Shown piece after piece: positions 13,683-28,141 of a stretch of DNA of 64,000 nt; positions within the stretch are counted from its first letter, which is position 1; the number at the start of each line of letters is the position of its first letter. The stretch covers positions 139,810,001 to 139,874,000 of the forward strand of contig NC_042999.1 of the NCBI RefSeq assembly GCF_006345805.1, read 5' to 3'. The position numbers and the translations under genes are program-made. This DNA is from Octopus sinensis. Its lineage: Eukaryota. The notes under the pieces are model-generated. The model did no database searches. It was not told where the DNA came from and saw nothing but the letters and a program-made list of their open reading frames with translations.

Positions 13683-13854
13683 ATATATATACGAAACCAG
13701 TTATTTCTCCAAAAACTATGTTACTATATACAAAATTTTCTAACATAACTTAATTATATTCTTTAACCCTATAAAACAAGCCTTCTGTAGTTTTTTTCAC
13801 TCTTTTCTATTTTTTATACATCCAACCATGTGCTTTCACACACCAACTTTCTGA

Positions 13855-13889
<35 letters not shown>

Positions 13890-14099
13890 GTGTGCATGCA
13901 TACTTTATACACACATTTCCCCCAGCTACTTCCACCTAGCATTATATAATGAGTTAGCCATGTATCACCTCTAGGGCAAGACACTCTTGCTTGTCCCTCT
14001 ACAGTACTTTAAGCCTAACACCTGGAATAAAGCCACCAGTCCCCACTTCTAAAAACACTCTCCTCACTTAGTTGAAGAAACCTTTTCCTTTTCTCACCT

Positions 14100-14312
14100 T
14101 ACAAGTTACTCGGCCACCTCATTAGTGCTGGTGGCATTAAAAAAAACACAGCAGCCAGAACACATTGTAAAGTGATTGGTGTTAGGAAGAGCATCATGCT
14201 ATAGAAACCACGTCAAAGCTTATACAGGAGCTTAATATAGCCCTTCAGTTTACGAGATCCTGTTAAACTGTCCAACCCATGCCAGCAAGAAAATAAACAG
14301 TAAATAATGATG
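14100..14312 (+). mobile_element. RTE-tail SINE copy
   Basis: gtgctggtggc...gttaggaagagcatc...tccaacccatgccagcaag...taatgatga. Confidence 0.7.
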
Positions 14313-17054
14313 AACACACACACCATTTTAGCATCAACTTTTTCAGGCTTGCATAGGTCAAATGGAATTTGTTGAAGCAGATTTTCAACAGCCAATGTCA
14401 GGACATGTTTCCATGGGAGATTGGAAATGAAGAACACCCTTGTAGGATGGTGCTCCTCTGCAACTACTGCCCTATATCAAAGCAAAGAGACAGAAAAACA
14501 CACAAATACGACAGATTTCTTTCAGTTTCCATCTCCCAAATCCACGCAAAAGACTTGTTTTACTGGGGCTTCCCCATATAGAGACTTCCCCATATATAAA
14601 TATAAATATATATATATGCATATATAGATACACATACATATCTATTTCGTAACTCAATTGTGGAAGAGCCATTTCCGACATCTAATAAACACATTGAGCT
14701 CTTAGATTCATTTTCATCTAGATTTATTTCATGAGGTCACAAAATTTTTGTTACACAACTAGCAGCTTGTCACTGACACAGTTCCAGTGCAAATATTGAT
14801 AATCAGTTTAAGCTTATTTATGTAGATTGACAGGGTTTTACATTTTTATCATTTGCTTACGTATTTCTTGTTGAGCTGAGAGGCATATAGTTTTGTATTT
14901 ATGTAGAATGACAATGTCTAATTATATGTTAACTATAATGCAGGTAATATGGATGTAGTTTCACTGTATCTATCCATATAAAATTTGCTGTTAGTAAAAT
15001 ATGCAGAACTGATTTTTAAGAGCAAGGCAATATTCCTTAATATTAATACTGATGTGCTTGACCTTTTCCTAGTTATTAATACATGCGGTAAAGAATACCT
15101 CTTTAAGCAACCTACAGAATTCCTGTCCCATCTTGACCTAAGACAAGGCATACAGTGAACCATTGCTATTTCTTTCAAAAAGACTTCAAGCAAATCCTGA
15201 GTTGGTTGGACCAGAGCAATCCACTACACTTTAGATAGTCACATTGTAAGAACCACAGTTGCATGTGCATTTGGCGTCATTCCTAAAGCTACCTTGAAGA
15301 ATTATATTTCTAAGTTTGAGAACAAATTTCATAAACAAATGAAATGTGATGCAATCAGAGTTGGAATTGTTGCTGACATTACCAACCTTTGCATGGTGTA
15401 GCCAGATGGGAAATGAAACCAGAAAATAATTAAATCTAGCATTGCTCTCAATTTAAACTCTATTTTTCCTGCATACAAGTTGAAATTTTCAGACAAAAAA
15501 TTCCATGTGAAATGCAGCAGGATTTGAAAGAGAATGAAGTTTGAATGTTTATATTACATTTTTACATAATGTATAATGTTGACTTTTATGCTGGAAAATA
15601 TACTATCATTAACCTCATTAAAGTGAATCTTCATATTGACAAACATGTGGATAGAGAACACATGATGAATACTATATAGTACATAGCAATTTCATCTGTT
15701 ACTGACTACTCCTCTATGTACCTAAATAGCCATTTATCTGTACTGAACACTTAAATTATGAACAGAAATCATTATCATCAACAGTACACCAAAATCATAC
15801 ATACTACACATGCATTATAGAAAACTTATGGTGAACCAAAAAAGATTTTGTAATGAAAACTGTCAAAACAAACATTTTAGTAGTAGACTTAGCAAGAGTG
15901 GTAAGAAATGAGCTATTCATGTGCCAACTGCAAGAATGGCGGAAATTCATTTAGTATTTTAGTTTAAAAAGATAGTCAACTGGTTACACACTAAAAAATG
16001 GGCTCAAAGTGTTATAAAGGAACAAAGAAAAGGTGTGATAATAGTCTAAAAAAATACAGATGAAACATGCCCTTTATGTGTAACAAGTTTGCAATAGGGT
16101 AGTTAGGGACAATAAGATAGTCAAGACCAGTATACTCAGTGACAATAAAGAGCTTTGTGTAATGTTTATAAACATGACAATAGTGAATTAGCTTGTAAAT
16201 GTAGAAGTATCTTAAAAGAATCTAAAATTATCTGTAAATCTCATCCTTTTGACAAGGTCACTTGTGAAAGTGGCAATGAAATAAATATATGCCAGAAACC
16301 CACATATCAACTCCAAGGTCATAAAGAGCCTTAAAGGAACATGTCCTAACCTCTTATATGGAAGAGACTGCATACAAATTAATGAATGATTCAGTGAACA
16401 TTGGAACAGTTAAAAATAAAAGTACTTCTATTTTTTTACCAACATACATACAGTATAGTCAATCAATACAGTGAATGTATAGCAGCATATCCCTATGGCA
16501 TAATGCTTATACAAATAACTGAATCAGTTGATATACTAGAAAACATACCTAGTTCCAACTGTCAGTCCAAATGGGGCTAACAATAATGCTCCACACACTC
16601 AAAATACATATATACATGTATGGAGTGTGTGTATATGCATATGTGCACACAAAGTATATAATTATGTGTAATCACATTTGTAAGTTTATACAGATAGATG
16701 TATGTATTTATCAACATTTGCCCATCTCTCCAACCCTACTTTGCTTCCCCATTTTTGTACACTTTTGAACAATTTAACCTATACATATAAATATATATAT
16801 ATAATTATGTGCAAAGACATTTGTAAGTTAATACAGACAGATGCCCATAACTTTATCAAGATTGTCTCTTTAACATTTTGCTAATCGCATACTAATTTTT
16901 TCCTTCTATTCAAAGTATAATTTTGAAACATGTAACAGAACCCAATTTCTAAGACAATATAACAGTTTTATACATAGTAATTGAAAATGAGGAGGTAACA
17001 AAATACAATAAATAAATGTGAAACAAGTAAAGAAAATTGGTAGAATGATGACAG

Positions 17055-17278
17055 TTACCCTTTTGATACCAACCCTCCTGAAACCACTTCTGATTTAGTG
17101 ATACAAAATTCTTTTAAAATGATTAAAATGAAAACCTATAAAAATTCCATGTTAATTCAGGTTCCAAATAGACGCTGAATAATGAGAGTTCTCTTACTAA
17201 GTTCTTCATTATTTTCAAATTTAACTGTAATAATGAAAGCAGTGCATTTCAACAAAAATATCGTAATAAAAGGGTTAA
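17055..17278. mobile_element. TTAA-type MITE, second family (also 25120-25348)
   Basis: cccttttgataccaaccc...aaagggttaa. Related copy at 25120 (ttaaccttttcattaccaaccc...aaaggattaa). Confidence 0.55.
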
Positions 17279-17673
17279 TATACACTAGGTTGCAAACAAA
17301 CAAACTGAAAATGATTGCTGATTACTGCTGTCATGTGGTCAGATATCAATCTACATGAATACAACAAACCCATATGCTATTAAGCTCAACAATAAAAAGG
17401 GAACAAAATAAAAAAATCTTCAGACATAAAAACTGGCTGTTATACTGGCTATTAAATAGTTGTAGCAGAACTATTTCAGTGACAAGGCTGCATTTGTGCT
17501 ATGAAAATTTTGACAGCACATGAAATAAACTTAAAGGGAAATTAACAGCTTGAATGGCTCAACATAGTTGCTTCAGTTTCAACATATGATCTTAAATCAA
17601 GTTACTACCACAACTCAAATAAACAAATAAATAAATATATAAATATTTTTTTTCTATAGACACATACACATGA

Positions 17674-17747
<74 letters not shown>

Positions 17748-18389
17748 TACATAAATATAGGGCATATCTGTCTTATATACACATACCATCATCTGAAGAT
17801 GATTTCAAAGAAAACTGTATTATAACTCCCATTTAACTAAATGATTGTCTGCAGGAAAAAAGTATGAAGGAAAGAGGCTGTGCAAAGTTTACAATGCAAA
17901 TGATAAGGTATATGCAAAAAGAAGGGTATTTCACTATTTTGCAAGACTATAATTTATGGAGGTGTGTGTGAATCTGATCTAATATCAAATTTTCTTTAGT
18001 CATGCACATCCTATATACTTTAAAACACCCCCACCTCCAACCTTTATAAACTATAAAGGTCGATATTTCCTTATTTACTAGCTAAAGGCTTTCAAGCCTT
18101 TAGCTAGTATATAAGGAAATAATCACTACCTATTTCATTTTCTTTTTGTGGAATAAGAATATCCAAGACTACAATTATCTGATGTGGTGTCCTTCCATTG
18201 TAGTGGAACCTAAGGAGATCTGACTACTATTTTTAGAAGATCTAGTAACCACGTAAATGAAACTAGTGAATGTATAGATGTTTTGGTCTACATTCTGTTA
18301 CCATCTCTGGATGGTAATCGTGAACACTGAGAGTTCGTTTATAAACAACGTTACTTGTTGCACTGGCACAAGTCCACAAATGCAATAGG

Positions 18390-18555
18390 TAACCAACCAT
18401 AATGTGTTACTTTATCGACTCCAGAGAGACGAAAGGCAAAATTCAACCTTGCCAGGATTTGAACTTAGAATCTAGAACAATGACATCATATACTGTAAAG
18501 CATTTATTCAATCATGACGCGTTCTACCATTTCTGCCGCTTTCACTGCCTTCATA
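18390..18555 (-). mobile_element. tRNA-derived SINE
   Basis: Reverse complement has aaggcag...gcggcagaaatggtagaacgcgtc...ttctaagttcaaatcctggcaaggttgaattttgcctttcgtc (A/B-box-like head). Similar copies at about 9990-10130, 33225-33420, 38965-39150 and 63820-63900. Confidence 0.65.
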
Positions 18556-18800
18556 TTAAAAAAAAATCGATCGTAACAGGGTAACTTTAACAACAGTAAA
18601 TATATCAAATAGCAAAAAAAAAAAAAAAAAATTCGGTGAATAAAACAGTTGAAAAAAGAGACGAAAAACATGCACCCTTTTTCATTTTTGCTTTTGTTGT
18701 TTTGCATTGTTTTTTATAAACATATCCAAACAAATGTCAATAGAGAGGAAAAAAAAAGAACAAGAACAAATTTGAATAAAAACTAAGCAGTCATTCTACA

Positions 18801-19760
18801 TCATACCGATGTTTCTTTAAAGTGTCTTTTCTGCATGACCCTTTTTAAATTCCTTCGCGGTAAGGTAGCCACAGCACCTGTTGATTCTCTGTGTCCTTTG
18901 TGCGGGGAATGTGGTAGCTTTTTTAGTTCTCTCCCCAGAAGAGAGACACTGCTGTGACGTCTGTAATTGCTATCATTTGCTTCTTGCTCCAACAGATGTA
19001 TGCTGTTTCGCCGCTTGTCCACCCATTCATCTATTTCCTTTTCTAAGTGCGACGTCCTTTTACGATGAAGGGACACCCACTTTTCTAAATCCGTTTCCCT
19101 ATTTAAAGCACTCTGCTGACATTGACCAACCCATTTCTCTAAATCCCTCTCCAAGCTAGCAGCATTCTCTCGCTGCTGGATCTCCCATTTTTCAAGGTCT
19201 CTATCCAAACTCACTGAAATATCATGATAGGGTACTGGCCATTTATGAAGAATTCGTTCTTTGTTCAGTATAGCAGTGGGACGCTTACACATCAATTTTT
19301 TAATATTTTTATCCAGACTAGATACTTCTGTGTTCAGACCTTTCCATTTATCTACACCTGAATAGAAAGATTGATTAATTTTCGCCCATTTTTCGAGATC
19401 ACGGTCCAAGCTGGAAGCTACATCATGTAATTGACTAGTTGTCCACCTGTTGAGTGGTTTATGATGAGATGGAGTGCTATGTTGGCTAGCCCACCTTTCT
19501 AGCTCTGCTAGGTGTGAGGCACTCCCATGATGTCCACTGCTCAGCCGTTCCATATCACCCTCAAGCAGGGACTCACTGGTCTCCTGTTGTAACGACCAGT
19601 TTGGGGTTTCCTCTCCAAAAGCAGAAACGGCATCTTGTTGCTGTTCCTCCCACAATGCCAAATCTCCCAGGGCAGACGCCGTACCTTGCAGGTCATCTTT
19701 CTCCTCCTCTTCCAGAGAAGAGTGGCTACGCGGCTGCTCTTGATCCAGTTTCGGACGGCT
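18801..19760 (-). CDS. Terminal coding exon, 319 aa + stop, unknown protein with tandem 18-aa Trp-anchored repeats (SLDRDLEKW)
   Basis: The frame stays open 33 codons upstream of the tracked TTG start (SRPKLDQEQPRSHSSLEEEEKDDLQGTASALGD-LALWEEQ...). It begins exactly after an in-frame TAG that is a splice acceptor (gtgactgtaactttag|AGC), phase 0. 960 nt stop-free in about 35% GC DNA. Confidence 0.85.
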   Translation of the reverse strand, partial: SRPKLDQEQPRSHSSLEEEEKDDLQGTASALGDLALWEEQQQDAVSAFGEETPNWSLQQETSESLLEGDMERLSSGHHGSASHLAELERWASQHSTPSHHKPLNRWTTSQLHDVASSLDRDLEKWAKINQSFYSGVDKWKGLNTEVSSLDKNIKKLMCKRPTAILNKERILHKWPVPYHDISVSLDRDLEKWEIQQRENAASLERDLEKWVGQCQQSALNRETDLEKWVSLHRKRTSHLEKEIDEWVDKRRNSIHLLEQEANDSNYRRHSSVSLLGRELKKLPHSPHKGHRESTGAVATLPRRNLKRVMQKRHFKETSV

Positions 19761-22700
19761 CTAAAGTTACAGTCACACAAGTAACATAAAAGGATACATT
19801 TCCCACAAAAAGCTTATGACAGCTGATCTAACGACAATAACGCATCAGTCACTGTTTTGCTTTAAAGTATAGGGTAGTACGCTTCACTTGAAATATAGTC
19901 AAACCTACAGGCACTTATTTCTCTCCGTCTCTTTATCATAAACCCAAATTACAATATTTTAAAATTGTAAACAGAAGTTACATTTATTAAAAAAAAAGTA
20001 AATGAAACAAAATACTTTGAAATTTCGAGATTTAGATAGAATTTCAGTGAACAAAAACTAAAAGTTCAAGATGAATGTATATAAGCAATGTTCGAAATTA
20101 GACCTCGATTTATTTCTAGTCATTCATTTCAACAAATGACAGCGCATTCCTTTTATCTTTGACTTTTTCAAAATATATCGATTCAACTTCTTATCGATAA
20201 TAAAATGATTTTAAATGCATTATATGTATATATATATCAATGAGCCGTAATATTAATACATAATGCTAGAAACAATTATTAAAGTGTGGTATTAGAAATA
20301 AACGCAAGCAAAAACATTCCGCTCGGGGATTAAAATCGATCTCCGGTTTCAGTGAAAGTAATTTTCTTTTGTTCCAATAAAATTGCACAGAAGGAAATGT
20401 CGCCATCAATTTGGTCAGTAATTCCTGGAAAGCATCCTTTCAATCACTTTCAACAGAACATTGAATATTTTCGTCATATGAAAAAAGAGAAATGTGTTAT
20501 GTCGATGTAAAAATCCAAATACATGTGCACAATATATTGTTTGTTTTCAGCTATTTTCTAGAAGAAAAAGAATGTGGGAAGAATACAAGAAAAGAGAGGA
20601 TTCTATTAACTTCATCGTCCAAAGTGGCTTTGACTAAAATTTTAAAAAATAATCTGCTACAAACCACATGATATAGATTTGCAGGGAGAAAGTACTTCAG
20701 TAGGGTTTCCGGAATTTTCCAATGATCAGTGGGATAGCAGCATCACAGAACTGATTCCTTTTCTTTTTAAATAAGCGGATTCTGTTGAATGTTTCCAAAA
20801 AGACAGCGAATAACAGTAAATTCCATTACAAACAGGGAAAGAAGAGATGAATGAGGGAGAAAAAATGCACCTGTAGTCAGCAGTGTGATTTTATTCCAAT
20901 AACGGTATTGAAAGTAAGAACAACTCTATTTCCAAATACATTCCATTCCTTAGAGCATGTTTTACTAATATTTCATTTACGAAAATTTGGTCCTTGTTCA
21001 AGTACCTTTATAATCGTTTTTCTCATTCTTATATAGAAGCAGTGAGATATATAAACACATATATGGAGCTACATCTTTACAAGCAAATACATTTTAGCTC
21101 ATAACACATCTATATTAAAAAGGAGAGTGATACACGATAGAGAAAGATTAGCTTATGGCGAAAATAAGCTTATTGTTTCAAGCAGGTGCTAGCACGGTTC
21201 ACTGTATTCCATTAATTGTTTGAAACTGTTATTGTTGTCCGAACAGTTATTCCAACTGCCGAAGGTAGGAACGACAGTCTGCTTTTATGATAGTTGTTAG
21301 GAGTAGTGAGCATGCGGTAAATGGCACAGACATCTCCCGCCATACTGCCTGCTGAGAGAGTGAGTGACAGCGAGCGAAGATAGAGAATGAATGAATGAGA
21401 AGGAACTAGTCAGAGAATGAATGAGAGAGAGAGCGATGTACAGAGAAAGAGAGAGAGAGTGTGAAGCTGAGAAAACGCCAGTCGTCCGTGGAAAAACATA
21501 CGAGGTAGAAAGAAATCTATTTGTTGACTGACGAATTTAATGAGAAAATTAATTCAGGATTTTTATTATAAAAAATAAAGTAATGTCGGTGAGTTAGTGT
21601 TTTCTCCTCAGTCAAAAAGACACAGAGTATCAAGAGTGTTAATGTGCAATTGAGAAATAAATTAGAAAAAACAGTGTAAGAGCTACAGCTACGGTAATAT
21701 AATGTAATTTATAACAATCTTGGAAGTTATGAAAAGCAAACTGGAAACTATGGAAAGGAAAAAAAAATTATAGATGAGAAGTGAAGATATTTTAAAAGAT
21801 AGTAGCAAGTGTAATGTTAAGGTTGGATGAGAAAGTGGCCGAAACCCAATTTGTATCGATAACACGAATTATATTTTGTCGATCGGAAGGAGAAAAATGA
21901 ATCTTAGAACAAGCGTAGTTAACGACACTTAATTAGTTAGCAGTAGATCATACAGGGGTATTGGGACGATAACACGCCAATGAGGTGTGCAGGAATCATT
22001 AGGTGCCAACAACTGTGCATACATTATTCCTACACCTTGTCATAAACGGTTGACTGGGGGAACATTCATCAATGTTGGAATTCAATCGTACTGGGTTAAT
22101 GGGGAGGCGCTTACTATTTGCTTGATGCATTACATGTGCAAATCACTGATTAGGTCACGAGTTCGCTCCCTCGTTTCTCATTAAATTCAATTATTTACTT
22201 CACAAGTAGACCAGGTAAGAAAAAGAATATGAACGACGGGGTGCTAGTGCGAACATTGAATCAATGAAAAATAAACTGAAGGTGGTATATATAGGATGAA
22301 ACTCTTTAGATTATCAGTTAACCTCTAGAAAGAGTTTAACAAAATGAAAAATCTGTTCTATTCTCGGTATTGACGAATGAGTGACGACAATGATATATAA
22401 ATAAAATATTTAGTCTGCTGCAACTATATAACTAAGTAAATGGATCTCCATTGTTTTCAACAATTTCTGTGGTTCGATCAACTGAACTACCTATTCATTG
22501 AATAGCGTGTAAGCTACAGAGAAATCCACAGACACGTGTATCTCTGACGTAGTTATCAAGAAGAATCAGCGCAACAGTGTGATAAAGATAGCTCTTGAAA
22601 TAATAGAGTGCATCAGACCGGCTTCAATACAGTTTCCGTCTACCCAATTTCACTTACAATGATTGGGTCAGCTCGAAACATTTGCTAAAGATGTCAGGAA

Positions 22701-25119
22701 GTGAGATTGAATTTGGGACCTTACGACTGCCCTGCATAACAACTAAGCTATGCCTGCGTCCATACATTAATAGATTTTCAGTGATGACGGATAAATAGAA
22801 AACTACTTAGTGATTTATAATTGTTCACCCCTCCTCCTTAGCCATTATAATACTCTTTTTACATAAGATATACTTCAAAATATGGTATTTTGCCCCAAAC
22901 CAATCCAAGTATCTAGACAAGAAATAAATGCTCAACATTTAATTTTTTCTTTACTTGCCAGTAAGACAAATTGATTATAATTGAACAAATGTAACCTGAA
23001 TATTTCTTGACTTTGGAATTTTTATCCTGTAGCATCTGACCTCCAGTTCCAATATAATCTGTATTGTATAGCTTCATATTTCATAGGAAGTAGAATGTTA
23101 TAACTTGTGTTGTTTATACTTCCTTTAAAACAATTTAGTAATGCAAAGTGCTTGCAACTGGAAGACAAGGCAGGTTGCAAACTTAAATTTACAAAGTTGT
23201 TATCACTGCAGCACTAATAACAGAGCCCATGAATAAATAGATTACAGGTGCAGGTATAGCTTTGCAATTAAGAAGTCTGCTTTGCATGGCACCTTGGGTA
23301 TTTTGTACCCTAACTTAGGGTTGACCAATATCCTGTGAGTAGAAGTTGGTTGAGTGAAACTATACAGAAGCTGCCATGATTATGTAGATATCTTTTGCCA
23401 TATGTCAGCATAGGGTGTAAACACGGGTGAAAATCCAGTGCTCTTCAAACAAAGTCCCCTAAATTACATATGATCCCATGTCATTCTTGTTAATTAGAAA
23501 TGCAGTGAACCACTCAATGATTAAATTGTTGAAAATTTTGTTAAACAATGACATCATTGTTCCATAAATTGAAAACAAAAGTATCTATAATTATAAAATA
23601 TAATGCAGTAAACAAATGTAGAATGTTTTTATCCCCAATATAAATTTCTGAACAAGAATAAACATAAATAATGGATTTTTCTATGAAGAGATCAAAAGTT
23701 CAAGGCTTTGTGATAAATACAAGAACCATAAATGGTTTGCTTTTCACAGCACATTCCATTTCCCTTTAATGCATCACAACTATCTACTTACACACCAACA
23801 GAGAATTCCTATAACAGGTATAACTTTAAGAGGAATGAATTTTGCTCTCAGGTAAGTTATATGAAGATAAACTTTCCAGTGTCATTCCCATTACTGGAAG
23901 GATTAGGGTATCCAACATATGTATGCGTGCATAGTGAATATTTTAACAAACTTCATTAACTTAGAAAAATAAATAAAAAGGAATAAAAAAATAGACAATA
24001 AACCTCCTCATAACCAGCAGCAAAAGCAATCGAACTGAGTAGTAAAATAATATGTGATAGAAACATCATTACTCATTCTTATAATTCATGAAGTGGAATC
24101 ACAATTGTAAAAAATAATGTTCTCAGGGTCAAAGTATGACCTTGATAGAAAAATTCCAGATTGACATTATATATTAGGTTATGCACCTTTTCAATTACAA
24201 TGAGACTGTATTTTTGTATGTACATGTGTCACATGGAATATATTTCAATTGAATTACTACTGGAACATGACAATATTGGAACCACTCAGTAATTAAATGC
24301 CATAAATATCTAAGAATTAAATTTTATACATTCCTCTATTTCTGAAATAAAATCTCACTAGAATCAACTTTACTCTTCATCTTTATTGTCTCAATCAAAT
24401 AATATTGATTCAATTAACTATCCTGCCCAAATCTATGACTCTGTTTCAATTAGAAAAAGTATATATGAAACAATATACCATATTACATTGTACAATGGAA
24501 ACAATAAATTCCATGTTATCAATGATAAATGAAGCCTAGAAATAGTTTGAGATCTATTTCATAGCCTGACAAGTGCCCATAAATGTTACAAAATTATCTA
24601 AGTTGTTGGGCCTGAAAATTATCTTTAACTTTACAATCAAAATATAGTGTTTGCTGTAACACTAGCCACTATCAAAATAATGAACCATGTTGGTTAAAGT
24701 ATTCATCTTGGGAGAGTTGCTTACTTTAATATAATACTTCTAATATACTATTTTGTCATACATTTAAGGAAAGAAGAATTATTAAAATAGTCTCAGCATT
24801 TGGTCCTTATATGTAGCAAGGCTACTGTGTATACATTTCCACTCTAAGTTTGACACCAATTCTACAATCCAGTAAATAAAGTTAAATACAATAATTTTAA
24901 AAGTTAACATCTGTAAAATCTTAGGTTCATAGCTGTCTGTTACATATTGTCAGATTAAGAGGTAAAAAACTCTCTCTGTACATATTCAATTGTGAAATGG
25001 TTAGCAAATTCACTTCATATAATAATTCACATTAGAAAATATATCTAATGTTAGCTCCAAGAACTAGGAATTAGTTGATCATAACTCAGTGTTAGAGTTT
25101 TAACAATACAAAGAGTTAA

Positions 25120-25348
25120 TTAACCTTTTCATTACCAACCCAGCTGAAACCGACTCTGGCTCTGAGTACAAATATTTTGTTTTCATAAGTTTTAAATTAA
25201 AATCTTTCACCAAACCTTAGTCACAATTTATGTTCCTAACACTAGCTTAATGATAACTAAGTTATTTTAATAAACTCTTTGTTATATTTAAAATTAATTG
25301 AAAGAACCACAGAGTATCTCAAAATAAATACAGTAACAAAAGGATTAA
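25120..25348. mobile_element. TTAA-flanked MITE
   Basis: TTAA ends, imperfect TIRs, related to 17055-17278. Confidence 0.6.
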
Positions 25349-27063
25349 TGTGGAAACTGCATCTATGAAACTCTGATATTTATAACTAGATTTACTTTTG
25401 TAAATTTTAACCATTTAACACATCTGTAATATGATTGTTGCAGTTTCTATAACATTTAATCTTTGTATTCATAAGACAATTGACTGATAAGCTATGGAGC
25501 TAATATTGTGGGCTTGCCATATGCATCTTTCTATCACATGAAAATTAGGATGTAGTACAGCACATTAAGGTTGATTAATGTATTAACATAGTTGTACCAC
25601 AGCAGAATAATAATATAGACAGTATCTTTGATTTTGTTTCATAATTTGGATTATTTAAAGCATTTGTCATAGACATATTCTTTCTTTTTTAATAAGTTAG
25701 GATAGAAAGGTAGAAAGGTTATTTGTATGCTGATATTTAAGTAACTCTTTCTAGATTGTGTTAACTGCTTTTAGTGAAGATATGACAAGTGTATAGTAAG
25801 TAATATGCCATATTTGTTAGCTTTCAAGGTGAACAAGCTTTAATTTGGTAACTATTTACACCTGATATTTGTAGCCCCCCTATTATCAAATCATTTTCAA
25901 GTTTAATATATTCAGATCTTTATGAAATCCCACTACTTTTCCATTAAAAAACCCACAAAGCCTTTTAATACTGCATTTTGAATAAAATAAACCTCATAAA
26001 TATTTTATTTAAATTCTAAAATAATCATGAATTTAGATTTGTTCATATAGTGGGGTTTCACACAAAACAAAGTTCAAGATACAATTACAAAGTATTTTTA
26101 GTTTAAATATAATCACATAAAATGAATTATTGGTTGATATTGTATTATATAATTAACTAAATAACTGCTGGCTTCAAACTAATGAAATATGATAGGACTA
26201 GTGCATGATGTCAATTTTGACACATAACTGACTGTGAGTTTTGTTTAAATGTATGATCAAGCATTTTCAGGAAACACTAATAACAGGAAAACACTTATAA
26301 GGAAGATGTTTATAAGATGCAGGATGATTTCTTGGGACATTTTTAGGAAAAGCATACATATTATAAACTGCTAAATATGGTAGTTTTGAAAGAGGCTATT
26401 TTCTAAGACTGCATTTTCAGTACTACTTGTGTGAATATAACTCCATCTAAAGAATCAAATGCACCACCTCCAACATTATGTATTTTATGGTACTCTATAA
26501 ACTTGCAACAATCTGAATGTTTTCAAAACTGTGGTATTTCCAGAGTTACTGCTATTATATATAATTACATGCAAATTTGTTTGATCTTTTGAGAAAGTAT
26601 GTCTCATTGACCAATACCTTGAGTGAAATTTCCTAAACAGATACTATGTAAAAGCCTGACATGTGTAAATGTTAATTTTTAATGTCTTGAAATTATCTCC
26701 CTTCTTTCTTTGAGAGATGTTAACTGCCATTAAGTTTTTGTTTTCTTTTTCCAAGTAATTATATTTTTTGCATACAGCATTCCATACATCACCCTTATTT
26801 CTCTAAAAATATGTTAACTTAGACAATCAACAAAATGAATATCACAGTATATACTATATAATTGTCAGACACACTTGAATGTGTCACCCCAGGATAGCTA
26901 CAGTGCAATGACTGAAACTAATGAAAGCATATATTAATGGTTAATAAAAAAAAAATCCCCAACATTTTTGAAAACTTAAATAAGAACATAAAATAACGCA
27001 AGACTTTTGATTAAACAAGAATGGAATTAAGAAAACAAAAATAAAAAAGGTTCGCTGACTTAC

Positions 27064-27113
27064 TGTTGAGAACCGGTGGGTCTGCTTTGATATTTGAACA
27101 TTCTGGGTATCAC
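27064..27113 (-). CDS. 50-nt internal exon (G-DTQNVQISKQTHRFST), phase 1 to 0
   Basis: Near-consensus sites gtttctttctgtttcag|GTGATACC...TCAACA|gtaagt, open frame. Converts phase-1 upstream exons into the phase 0 needed by the 19760 acceptor. Confidence 0.7.
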
Positions 27114-28141
27114 CTGAAACAGAAAGAAACTATTTTATCAACAAATGGGTAACAGTGGAAAATGACAAGCTTGCATTTATGCATGTAATTATAAATAATA
27201 GGGTGAAGTTCCATTTCTGAGAATATGATACATAAGGAGTTGTAAGAAGAATAAACAGTTTAGTAGGCTGCCTGCATACATGAATCAGTTATGTAGTATA
27301 AAAACTATTTGCTGTTTCAAAGATAGAGGAACTGTTAAATCAACTGCCAGAGGTGAAATTAAACTTGCAAGCAGAATCTATCAAAGAAGGAAGAACCAAT
27401 ATAATGTTCAGTTCATATTCTACAATGCATGTTTTTGATAAAAGTCATGATTTTCTTTTTTTCATTTCCAACAGTTGTTTTTGTGCTACTGCAAAATTTT
27501 CAATAATAAATATAAAAATAATTATTTCAGTCTTGTGAGCTAGAAGTGAGGATGTATGGTGTACTTTAGGATACAAAAATCATTGTTTGCTTTTAGTTAG
27601 ATAATAGTTTGATCCTTTAAAAAATTTTGATCACTAGCACACCAGTCAAGCAACATTACCGAACATACTTAATTTACAATATTTTCATGATTTTCTTTTC
27701 AAAAAAATTACATTCTCTAGAAAGAAGGAAGAGTACACAAGATAAAACAGTTAATGATTTAAGCAGAATAAACGCATACAAGAAAAAAAAAAATAAACAT
27801 CAGTCATTGCTACAAAAAAATATAATTAATCACATTTTAAAGAGAATGATTGTTTAAATCTTTATTGATACAAGTCATAACACCATAATATTTGTTATAT
27901 ACAAAATTTTATTACATACATTTTTGCCATTCAAACACTTATTTTAATAGAAAAATAATAGAAAATAACAAACAAACAAAAAAAACCCACTTTATTCAGT
28001 GCAGTAAGGATCTCCCATATATTTACATTCCAACCTTTCAAAACTTGAAAGATAATCTGTTTAAAACAGCCAATGAAATCTACTCATAAATCTTTCCAAA
28101 TTGTTTTAATTTACAAAGCAATACGACCCTTCTCTTTCCCA

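Noticed and set aside
14933-15400. Minus-strand ORFs with a Cys cluster (KCTCNCGSYNVT) suggesting an LRR N-cap
   Set aside because: Stops in all frames, no LRR repeats follow, and splice sites are ambiguous.
16654-16850. About 143-bp-spaced imperfect direct repeat (tatataattatgtg...catttgtaagt..atacaga.agatg)
   Set aside because: Only two copies, associated with microsatellites. No sign of function.
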